Virus record (IMG/VR): IMGVR_UViG_3300042887_002597
Coordinates: 1 to 46,233 of that record
Length of the DNA: 46,233 nucleotides
Origin: a virus
Taxonomy: Duplodnaviria > Heunggongvirae > Uroviricota > Caudoviricetes
Reading direction: 5' to 3' (one strand)
Part shown: positions 19,075 to 27,002 of the stretch, piece after piece
Numbering within the stretch: the stretch's first letter is position 1
Layout: every line of letters begins with the position of its first letter
Program-made: the position numbers and the translations under genes
The notes under the pieces: model-generated
Told to the model about the DNA's origin: nothing
The model's database searches: none
Seen by the model: the letters and a program-made list of their open reading frames with translations, nothing else

Positions 19075-19921
19075 GCTTTAACTCTTTTAATAGTTCGTGA
19101 TATAGTAATAGAGAAAGGACATTCTCTTCTTTTATTGTCTTTGTCTTTTCGTACTTTTTCATTAGTACGATTGCTTCTGCTAATTTTATTTTAATGACCT
19201 TGTCACTAACACGCTTTGCAGTTTTTTGCAATTCCAACTTCAGAGCGTATGCCTCCTTCAAAACAAAGTCTCTCAACGACTCTGTGTTTGATACGTTGTA
19301 TATGTACTCCTTTAATATATTGCGTTGCTTTGGTGATAGGTTTGCATACTTGCTATTAAACTTATCTACCATAAGTTGGTAGGCCAATAAACGCACATCC
19401 TCATCTTGCTTTCTGTATTCGTTCAGCAAGTTGGCCATTTTATCTTGGCTCACCTTCTTCTTAGTGCGAGTAATATTTTCAAGCACTGTAAAGCGACTAT
19501 CTACCAACTCTGTTGCTTTTGCTACCGATACACCCTCAAACAATCTATACACTGATGCAAATAGTTTATAGTTTTGTATCTTTGTGTTGAAAAAGGCAGT
19601 TAAATCGTAGTGCTTTTTGATTTCTTTTATCAACTCGTACTTTGCTTTTTTAAGCTCCTCTGCCTTAAGCTTTTTTCTAACTCCCAATACGGTGTTAATT
19701 AGCATATTGGCTTTAGCCTCACTTTTATAACTCTCATTTACGAGAGTTTGATACATAACCAACTCTTTTCCTAGGGATGTAGTTGGCTTAAAGTGATTTT
19801 TAAGAATAGCGAGTGCTGGTGATTTATCTACACCTTTCATAGTGTCTGATGTTACCTGTCTCGTAAGTAACTCGAACAAAATGATTGTGTTCTTAATCTT
19901 ATTGTGGCTCGACTTTTTCAT
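19061..19921 (-). CDS. Hypothetical basic helical head-module protein (286 aa)
   Basis: Long ORF directly after the portal gene, with its own upstream motif (19927..19934). Confidence 0.7.
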   Translation of the reverse strand: MKKSSHNKIKNTIILFELLTRQVTSDTMKGVDKSPALAILKNHFKPTTSLGKELVMYQTLVNESYKSEAKANMLINTVLGVRKKLKAEELKKAKYELIKEIKKHYDLTAFFNTKIQNYKLFASVYRLFEGVSVAKATELVDSRFTVLENITRTKKKVSQDKMANLLNEYRKQDEDVRLLAYQLMVDKFNSKYANLSPKQRNILKEYIYNVSNTESLRDFVLKEAYALKLELQKTAKRVSDKVIKIKLAEAIVLMKKYEKTKTIKEENVLSLLLYHELLKELKHATK

Positions 19922-19926
19922 CTAAG

Positions 19927-19934
19927 TATAAATA
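19927..19934 (-). promoter_or_regulatory. TATTTATA motif
   Basis: Exact motif 5 nt upstream of the ATG at 19921. Confidence 0.65.
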
Positions 19935-19947
19935 TGTATTTATTCGG

Positions 19948-21771
19948 TTAATCGTTTAAAATGTTGGCTTCTGATAACAAATTTGGTTCGTCGCTGTCTT
20001 TTTCCTTTATTGTCTCTTTCAATGCTGCTTCTTTCAAGGACTTTATTAACGTCCCATACTCTTTAACCTTTTTGCTCTCAGTAACATTTCTAACCGCTTT
20101 AGTGCCTAATGGATCCCATCCAAGTGGATCAATGTGCTTTCCGTAGGTTCCTGGTTCTTCTGGACGTCCAGCTCCTGGCCAACCTCCGTTAGGCATTTTT
20201 TCATTATAACCACCTGGAACTCCTCCGTTACCTTTATATAATGATGCAAGATCGTGTGCAGTACCAAACGACATACCTGTCTTAACTGGGTCGTTACCTT
20301 CTGTTTTAATTTGCTCAAGACGGAATTGTATTTTGTAGTCTTGTACCATACGCTCTTGCTCTTTTAGGAACTCGTCGTCAGACATCTGGAATAGGTTTTC
20401 GTATATCCATTGTCTGCTAAATAACTTCTTTTCGATCATATCGCCAGCAAGGGTTACTTTGCTAGTCCATATCTCCACTTTCTCTTTTTCGTATACAGAA
20501 GACCCTACTGTTAAATTAAGCTCAAAGTCTACTAACTCTTCGTCAGTAAATCCTTGTGAGTATAAGTGTACAATCGCTATCTTATACAACTCACTACATA
20601 TGATACGCTGAATTCTCTCAATAGTTCTAGCAAAACGAAAATCTTGTGATGCTAATGTAGCTTTACCTGAGATATCTTCTTCAAATCCTAAGAAGGCTTT
20701 TGGTATTTTAAGACCTCCTAATAAACGAGCTTTCAAATACTCGATATCAGGAATGCTATCATATTGTATGCCAGCTAATGGCTCTACTGATGTTGCACTA
20801 TCTCCTCCACGAACTGGGAAGTAGAAGTCTTCAAGTAGGTTCATCATGTTATACTTCAAGTTGTATTGTCCTGTGTCAGGATCCACAAATGGAATCTTTT
20901 TGATACGGCTAATCATTCCTTCCATATAAGCATCTACTTCGTTTGGTGGAATGTTTCCAATATCAATTTTGAACACACGCTTGTCCGGAGCACGCATGAT
21001 TCGGTGAATCAACATTGCATCCTCCATTAAAGTGATTTGCTTCCAAACTTTACGTACTGGTTCAATAATGGAGCGACCGTATGGTAGGAAGTTTGTATCT
21101 GTTAGGAGACGAAAGTGGGCAATCTCCCAGTTTTCAAACTCCTCTGTTTGTGTATTGACTACGTGCGATCTTGCAGCTAAGGCTGAGAAGTCTCTTTTGA
21201 ATCGTACTCGTGATGGGTTTTCTGGATCGAATTCCTCTTCACGAATCATTTCGTAAGCTGCGATTGGTTCAACACCAATAACACCATACTTCTCTGCTAC
21301 ATTAAGCTTTAGGAAAAAATCACCATACTTTAGTAGGTTTCTAGTCCAAGGCCATAGGTTAAATTCTACGTTGAGGATGTCGTAAAATAAATTATGTAAT
21401 ACTCTTTGTACTTTTTCGTTAGGTGACTTAATAACGAGAATATTTCCAGTCTCATCTTTAGTAGTACATTCGTCAGCATATACGTCTAGTGCAGAAGAAA
21501 TGATACTATCTGTATCCATTGCTTCGTAATCCTTAAATAATTCTAAACGAGTTGCTAAGTGTAACTGTCCGTGATAATAAGAAAATCCCGGCATGTTTTG
21601 ATACATACGGGAGAATCTATCGACTCTTCGATTTTGTTCAATATTACCGCTGGATTGTACGCGGTCTACGTCAATTACTTTAAGCTGGTTTCCTCCTACG
21701 TTACGTATAATAACGTCAGTGGAAAACAATCTCTGTAATCTCTGAAATAGAGAAGGATTGTTCTCTGCCAT
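19948..21771 (-). CDS. gp20: Portal protein, T4 gp20-like (607 aa)
   Basis: YEAMDTDSIISSALD, PYGRSII, LMEDAMLIHRIMRAPDKRVFKIDIGNIPP and EDFYFPVRGG motifs. Confidence 0.95.
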   Translation of the reverse strand: MAENNPSLFQRLQRLFSTDVIIRNVGGNQLKVIDVDRVQSSGNIEQNRRVDRFSRMYQNMPGFSYYHGQLHLATRLELFKDYEAMDTDSIISSALDVYADECTTKDETGNILVIKSPNEKVQRVLHNLFYDILNVEFNLWPWTRNLLKYGDFFLKLNVAEKYGVIGVEPIAAYEMIREEEFDPENPSRVRFKRDFSALAARSHVVNTQTEEFENWEIAHFRLLTDTNFLPYGRSIIEPVRKVWKQITLMEDAMLIHRIMRAPDKRVFKIDIGNIPPNEVDAYMEGMISRIKKIPFVDPDTGQYNLKYNMMNLLEDFYFPVRGGDSATSVEPLAGIQYDSIPDIEYLKARLLGGLKIPKAFLGFEEDISGKATLASQDFRFARTIERIQRIICSELYKIAIVHLYSQGFTDEELVDFELNLTVGSSVYEKEKVEIWTSKVTLAGDMIEKKLFSRQWIYENLFQMSDDEFLKEQERMVQDYKIQFRLEQIKTEGNDPVKTGMSFGTAHDLASLYKGNGGVPGGYNEKMPNGGWPGAGRPEEPGTYGKHIDPLGWDPLGTKAVRNVTESKKVKEYGTLIKSLKEAALKETIKEKDSDEPNLLSEANILND

Positions 21772-21787
21772 ATTTTAAGCGCTTTTA

Positions 21788-21795
21788 GATAAATA
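21788..21795 (-). promoter_or_regulatory. Variant motif TATTTATC upstream of the portal gene
   Basis: One mismatch, 16 nt upstream of the ATG. Confidence 0.55.
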
Positions 21796-21803
21796 TCTCA
21801 TGT

Positions 21804-23375
21804 TTATAATAACCACGTTAAATCTTCGCTCTTACCTCCCACATCATGCCTCCAACTTTCGTTTCTTTGCATAGCTCCTGTGTAAATGGTAGCGTTATTT
21901 CTGGTAGCGTTTAGTGCAGCTTTTGTGATATCAATTCCAGCTTGTCTTAATCTTAAAGCTGTATCTCTAACCCAAATACCCTGACACATGCACAATACCA
22001 AGTCATCGTTATAGCCATTCGCTGCCTGAGCTTTTCCTTCTTTCCAAATGAAAGTAGATAACTCGTCCATGAATCGCTTACTTCTGAATATAAGACTTTT
22101 CTCGCGGGTAAGCAAATCAAATTTACTAATCGCTAGTGGTCGTATTTTATGAGACATTGTAAATCCAGCAACCATATCCGTCTTATTAACTAAGTCGTAT
22201 CCTTTTGCTAAAAATACATCAGAATCTAAAACATCGCTCTTGTATGTATAATATAGGTTTTTATAACCTCTGTCTAAAATTTGTTGAATAGTTGCCCAAC
22301 CTACGTTGTTGTTTTCTACTACAAGTAAGGCATCATTCCACTCTGTAGCAACGCTAACAAGCATGTTACCAAAGTCTTTTGTAGTTAGTTGTCCTTTGTA
22401 CTCAGCTACTTGAGTTAGGTTCTCAGCATCAAGAACATGGAATGCTGAGTAGTCACTTCCGTCACCACGAGCAACGTCAGCTGTTACAATGTAAGTCTTT
22501 CTGTAATCTGGTAGTTCCCAAACCCAATAGCCATTATCGAAGCCTCTCTTTTCAATAGGTTCCATTGCTGTTGTTTGTAGGTACCATTGTATAAGGTTTG
22601 GATCCACAAGGGTGTTACCCGAACTACTAAAGTCACAATCACATTCCTGTGCTGCAAGTCTCATTCCAAGCTCAGCATCCTGTCTATCTCTCCATTCCTG
22701 GTTTCTCTCTGGATGCACTTGCCAGGGTAATCGAATGGTCTTAAACTTGTTCTCACCAGCTTCTGCTCTAATCCAAATCTTATGAAAAAAGTTACCAGTA
22801 CCGTTTGGAGTTGATAACAATATACCCTGTCCTCCAGTAGATAACGTTTGTTGTAGTGATGCCCATAATTCCTCTGCACCATCTACGAAAGCTGCCTCGT
22901 CAATAATAACTAACGATAACGCTTCTGAACGTCCAGATGTTCCTGTACTTGCTACTGCTTTAATTTGAGAACCGTTTGATAGACGCATTGAAAGTTTATT
23001 ACTCTCAACACATTTCATCTTTAACCAACTTGGTAGGTTATCAAACATAACTCGTACCTTTGTTACAAGGTTCTTAGATGTGTTCTGATCAATCGCTACT
23101 ACAAGTACGTTCTTATCTGTGTGGAATAGAATTAACCATAAGCTGTATGCAGCAATAAGTGTACTAATACCTAACTGACGAGACTTTAAGATGATCGCTC
23201 TATCGTATTCTAGGAAATGGTCTAGCGTTTCTTTTTGGTATGGATATAAGTGGAACGGAATCTTACCCCTTGTAGGGTGTTGAATCATACAATACTTATT
23301 TGTAAAGTATGAAGGATCGGTGGCGCACTTAACGTACTCCTCTTTGATTATCTCTTTGAGAGTCTTTTCTGACAT
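21804..23375 (-). CDS. gp17: Terminase large subunit, T4 gp17-like
   Basis: KSRQLGIS (Walker A), IIDEAAF (Walker B), STPNG coupling motif, RNase H-fold ADVARGDGSDYSA and DDLV. Confidence 0.95.
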   Translation of the reverse strand: MSEKTLKEIIKEEYVKCATDPSYFTNKYCMIQHPTRGKIPFHLYPYQKETLDHFLEYDRAIILKSRQLGISTLIAAYSLWLILFHTDKNVLVVAIDQNTSKNLVTKVRVMFDNLPSWLKMKCVESNKLSMRLSNGSQIKAVASTGTSGRSEALSLVIIDEAAFVDGAEELWASLQQTLSTGGQGILLSTPNGTGNFFHKIWIRAEAGENKFKTIRLPWQVHPERNQEWRDRQDAELGMRLAAQECDCDFSSSGNTLVDPNLIQWYLQTTAMEPIEKRGFDNGYWVWELPDYRKTYIVTADVARGDGSDYSAFHVLDAENLTQVAEYKGQLTTKDFGNMLVSVATEWNDALLVVENNNVGWATIQQILDRGYKNLYYTYKSDVLDSDVFLAKGYDLVNKTDMVAGFTMSHKIRPLAISKFDLLTREKSLIFRSKRFMDELSTFIWKEGKAQAANGYNDDLVLCMCQGIWVRDTALRLRQAGIDITKAALNATRNNATIYTGAMQRNESWRHDVGGKSEDLTWLL

Positions 23376-23409
23376 ACGTAACTATTGTTTTTTATCAGCT
23401 CCTAGTAAT

Positions 23410-23745
23410 TTAACGGATTCCTCCAGGAGTTAGTTGGTGTTGCATTTGCTCCCCCATTCCTACTTTTTCAAGTATGTATTGCATTGTTTCGCCATCTATG
23501 TCAATATCCTGTAAGGTCTTAATTACCATCTCAACTTTAGCTGCTACAGCAGGATCTCCCATAAGCATGGTATTTTCTTCAACCTTAGCTGTGTAGTTCT
23601 TATCGATGTAGTTGAAGAATTCTTTCTTCTTGTCGCCACTTAAATCTCCAATAGAGTTGATGCCAAACTTATCCATAGCCTTCTTAAAGAATTCTTGATA
23701 AGCTGTGTCTTCTTGTAGACGCTTAATTATGTGTGAAGTTTTCAT
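23410..23745 (-). CDS. Hypothetical protein, candidate internal head protein (111 aa)
   Basis: MKTSHIIKRLQE leader; start overlaps the upstream stop (TAATG). Confidence 0.6.
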   Translation of the reverse strand: MKTSHIIKRLQEDTAYQEFFKKAMDKFGINSIGDLSGDKKKEFFNYIDKNYTAKVEENTMLMGDPAVAAKVEMVIKTLQDIDIDGETMQYILEKVGMGEQMQHQLTPGGIR

Positions 23746-24062
23746 TATCGTACAGTTTCAGTCTTAACGTTTCTAAGAACTTGTAGCTTTGTTTCGTTGC
23801 TGAATCCCATTGATTCCATAAACACAACGAACATATCAGTAATTGACTCAGCTGACGTAAGCTCACTGTCTTGTTTGATTCTCTCTACAAGCTTTTGGGC
23901 CATTCTGGTTGCTTTGCTAACCTCTTCTTGTTCTGGCTCTTCTTTAGGCTGTTCTTCTGGTGCTGTACCGCCCATTTGAGGATTTTGCTCTTCCTCTTCT
24001 TTCAAAATTGCAGCAATTTCACGACGAACTGCTTTTCTTAATTGTGATTCTGTAATACGCAT
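23745..24062 (-). CDS. Hypothetical protein (105 aa; start revised to MRITESQ)
   Basis: The ATG at 24062 is 14 nt downstream of motif variant 24077..24084. Leader MRITESQLRKAVRREIAAILKE. Confidence 0.6.
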   Translation of the reverse strand: MRITESQLRKAVRREIAAILKEEEEQNPQMGGTAPEEQPKEEPEQEEVSKATRMAQKLVERIKQDSELTSAESITDMFVVFMESMGFSNETKLQVLRNVKTETVR

Positions 24063-24084
24063 TGGTGTAGTTTTTAAATAAATA

Positions 24085-24750
24085 TCAGTAAACTTTCTTA
24101 TACGATAACATTTTTGGCTCATGTAGGTAATCTAGCTTATCAAATCCAAAGTATTTTGCTTTAAATTGTGCTTGAGCGTACTCATCGTAGTCATATTCTC
24201 CGTCAAAAAACGGTTTTAAGTCTCTATAAGCTTTATTCCAGTTTGTTTCTGATATGAACACTTCGCAGAAAGCTATGTGGCTTTTGTATTGATTGAAGTC
24301 ATGAAAGTCGTGTTCGATGTGAATCAACTCGACTACTTTATCCTCAGTAATGTAATCCACACAAAAATCAACCATGTATTTTGGTTTTATGTTTAGTACT
24401 TTTACTAATCGTGGATATTTCTTACTTAAACGCTTAAGTTGCTCTAAGGCTTCTCCTTCGTAAGCATATCTCGTGTTGAGATGGCAGTGATCCAAAAAGA
24501 TATGTGGATGCTGTTCCTCTTGCACCATCCAATCTTGGATACATGCTGCTGCATCTGTTGGACTTCCTGGAACTAGAACGTGTCCTGCAACGTTGTTGTG
24601 TTGGTGATATAGACTCTCTATGTAAGTGAGCTCGTATCCAAATCTATCAAAAAACTCAGGAGCCACTAACCTTTCGAACACAGATTCGTCTGGTAGTGGC
24701 TCACTAATATACGGGTGCTGTACTAACTTATAATCTAGTACTCTAAACAT
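24085..24750 (-). CDS. Hypothetical protein (221 aa)
   Basis: Long aromatic-rich globular ORF; start overlaps the upstream stop. Confidence 0.7.
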   Translation of the reverse strand: MFRVLDYKLVQHPYISEPLPDESVFERLVAPEFFDRFGYELTYIESLYHQHNNVAGHVLVPGSPTDAAACIQDWMVQEEQHPHIFLDHCHLNTRYAYEGEALEQLKRLSKKYPRLVKVLNIKPKYMVDFCVDYITEDKVVELIHIEHDFHDFNQYKSHIAFCEVFISETNWNKAYRDLKPFFDGEYDYDEYAQAQFKAKYFGFDKLDYLHEPKMLSYKKVY

Positions 24751-25160
24751 TACTTCTGGTCTTCAATGACTTTTAAAAAGTTCGTTTGTGCTGCTCCAAA
24801 GTTTTTCTTGTCTTTGTTGTCAAATGTAATTTTTTCAATTACACCATCCTTCTGCTTCATTGCACAAACTGTTGCATCGAAACGCTCTAATCCAGTTAGA
24901 GTGTAGACGATGCCGAAGATAGCAGTCTTTTCTGTTACCTTAGCAATCAACTTAGCATCGCTGATAATTAAATCAAGCATACCAAAGTCTTCTACATCGG
25001 CTTCAAAAATCATTTCTTCTCCTTTCATGCCCAAGAACTTGAACATTGGTTTGTATCCGTGTGCTGTTTGAAATTCACGGAAATATGGAAGTCCTACCAG
25101 TTCTGGTGTTGACTTATCTTCTTCCACTTCTCGGAGTGGTATGAGGTTCATTAGTTTCAT
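24750..25160 (-). CDS. Hypothetical protein, candidate internal head protein (136 aa)
   Basis: MKLMNLIPLRE leader; TATTTATA 3 nt upstream. Confidence 0.65.
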   Translation of the reverse strand: MKLMNLIPLREVEEDKSTPELVGLPYFREFQTAHGYKPMFKFLGMKGEEMIFEADVEDFGMLDLIISDAKLIAKVTEKTAIFGIVYTLTGLERFDATVCAMKQKDGVIEKITFDNKDKKNFGAAQTNFLKVIEDQK

Positions 25161-25163
25161 GTC

Positions 25164-25171
25164 TATAAATA
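25164..25171 (-). promoter_or_regulatory. TATTTATA motif
   Basis: Exact motif 3 nt upstream of the ATG at 25160. Confidence 0.65.
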
Positions 25172-25172
25172 G

Positions 25173-25385
25173 TTACTTTTTAGAATAAAAGCGAAATAAG
25201 ATGGATAGACCAAAAAACAATCCCGCTACACAATACAAAGCGAAATTGGCGCCCCATAGACTGCCAGTTGCCTGCATTAGCCAATACTGCACTATATCGA
25301 ATCCAAGAGGATTGAAGAACAGAGCTGCCATCATGCACCATGTTGCTATGGTCTGATTTGATATTTTCTTGTTGCCTACTATCAC
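25173..25385 (-). CDS. Small membrane protein (70 aa)
   Basis: Two hydrophobic segments and basic termini; fills the gap in operon orientation. Confidence 0.55.
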   Translation of the reverse strand: MIVGNKKISNQTIATWCMMAALFFNPLGFDIVQYWLMQATGSLWGANFALYCVAGLFFGLSILFRFYSKK

Positions 25386-25413
25386 CTTCCATTTAAGTGG
25401 GGTTTGGTTAAAC

Positions 25414-25605
25414 TTATTTTCCTAGAATTTTACGAACTTGACTTCGGATTATCTCACGAATCGTATTTTCCTTTGCGTTGATATGCAAAGCTGCCATGTA
25501 CTTACGCAGAGCTTCTTTGTTGCCGTCAGTGCATCCAACTTTATCTCCTCCGTCTTTTTTGTAGACGCAGTATTGATCTCCTACTTTTCTTGCTGTGTAC
25601 GGCAT
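25414..25605 (-). CDS. Small hypothetical protein (63 aa)
   Basis: In-operon ORF with tight spacing to its neighbours. Confidence 0.6.
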   Translation of the reverse strand: MPYTARKVGDQYCVYKKDGGDKVGCTDGNKEALRKYMAALHINAKENTIREIIRSQVRKILGK

Positions 25606-25609
25606 AGCT

Positions 25610-26203
25610 TTACCACTTTCTGCAAGACCAGTATCTAGCTTTCCATCTTGGACCTGGTGTGTCGCAACGATGGCGAGCTCTAAATGATTTACGTCTTGCT
25701 GGGTTTGATTTCTTTATCTTCATGTTAGGGTCACCAAAGTTTACTTTAACAACTTTGTCACCCTTCTTAACATATACTTTGAATTTCTTTACGTCACCTC
25801 TCATTGGTTTTCCCAATGGAACTTTGCGTCCTTGGTACTCTGCTTCCGTGATTGGAAACTTGCCTGATTTAATGTCTTCTAGTAAAGCTATTGCACAACG
25901 ATTACATACAGTGGTTTCGTAAAAACCCATTGGCATTGCTCTTGTGGATCCAGTAGTTGTTGTTTGAGCTGGCTCATCTTCGTACCTAGAATCTTGGGCC
26001 ATAGCTATCATTACTTTATGGTAATCCATGTCGCTTGAAGGTGTTTTGTTATCCATAACATCTTCATTTTGCGCATTTATTTTCTTAGCAGCTGCTACTG
26101 CTTTTTTATGAGCCTCAGAACCTTTACGAGCAGGCTTTTCACCACGAGCTCTCTTTGCTCTGATGTTTGCCCATAATCCTTTTGATTCTTCAGATAGTCC
26201 CAT
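25610..26203 (-). CDS. Basic two-module hypothetical protein (197 aa)
   Basis: Basic N-module GLWANIRAKRARGEKPA and basic C-module KVNFGDPNMKIKKSNPARRKSFRARHRC...YWSCRKW, preceded by an ITE site. Confidence 0.65.
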   Translation of the reverse strand: MGLSEESKGLWANIRAKRARGEKPARKGSEAHKKAVAAAKKINAQNEDVMDNKTPSSDMDYHKVMIAMAQDSRYEDEPAQTTTTGSTRAMPMGFYETTVCNRCAIALLEDIKSGKFPITEAEYQGRKVPLGKPMRGDVKKFKVYVKKGDKVVKVNFGDPNMKIKKSNPARRKSFRARHRCDTPGPRWKARYWSCRKW

Positions 26204-26207
26204 GATA

Positions 26208-26696
26208 TTAAATATCTTCTATTCTCTCTTTTAGAGCTTCTAATTCTCTCTTTCCTATCTCCTCAATCATTTTACCTGATGTGTCGTCCCAAGTTTCTTT
26301 TGTACCATCTCCTGTTACAATACTTGTTGTTTCTTTTGAGTAGTCTTTTATAAACTGCTCTAGATCATCGTAGAAGGATTCCATGTTTGCTTTGTACAAA
26401 GCTTTTATGTAATCCTCCATCTTTCCTGCTTTTTGTATCTCATGTTCCATATCCACAACGCAGTTAAAACACATTCTATATGTGTTCCATGCCCATTTAT
26501 GTACTGGGCTTTGTAGCTTCATACTGCACTTAGGACATGCTATTGGGGTAATAACCTGCTTTCGAAAAGCATCCATTTTTGTCACAGTCTTCTTAATGCC
26601 ATTTTTGAGAGTCCAAGTCTTTCCAGACTCCTCCCAAACGTCTCCTTCTTTGTGGTCAGTAAATGATTTCTTTTCTGTCGTAACGTAATAACTCAT
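26208..26696 (-). CDS. Zn-finger-containing hypothetical protein (162 aa)
   Basis: CPKC...CFNC Cys4 pattern. Confidence 0.65.
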   Translation of the reverse strand: MSYYVTTEKKSFTDHKEGDVWEESGKTWTLKNGIKKTVTKMDAFRKQVITPIACPKCSMKLQSPVHKWAWNTYRMCFNCVVDMEHEIQKAGKMEDYIKALYKANMESFYDDLEQFIKDYSKETTSIVTGDGTKETWDDTSGKMIEEIGKRELEALKERIEDI

Positions 26697-26998
26697 CGTG
26701 AGTGAAATTTGTATTTATCTAAAATATATTGTACATGCTTATCAAACTTACGCAAAGCTCTGCGTAATTCCAACTTTACACCTTCATTTATTTTATCCGC
26801 TTCTGCTTGGTCACCTACTCCTCTAAAGAAATCCTTTCCACCAGAACTGCTAATGCTGATAGAGAATGATGCTTCTGGGGTTCCTTCTTCACCTACAGCT
26901 TGGAAATCTTTTTCAAAGTGTAGTGTTAAGTTGGTTGTTGGTGATGAAGCAATTGCTTCTTTTTTTTCCGTTAAAGGAACTAGTGGTTTTAGTTTCAT
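26693..26998 (-). CDS. Hypothetical protein, candidate internal head protein (101 aa)
   Basis: MKLKPLVPLTE leader. Confidence 0.6.
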   Translation of the reverse strand: MKLKPLVPLTEKKEAIASSPTTNLTLHFEKDFQAVGEEGTPEASFSISISSSGGKDFFRGVGDQAEADKINEGVKLELRRALRKFDKHVQYILDKYKFHSR

Positions 26999-27002
26999 TA
27001 TA

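Noticed and set aside
24063-24122. Extended N-terminus of the 23745..24122 ORF
   Set aside because: It overlaps the upstream gene and the motif at 24077; the ATG at 24062 gives a typical leader.
25173-25385. Holin annotation
   Set aside because: Only hydrophobicity supports it; there is no lysis-gene context.
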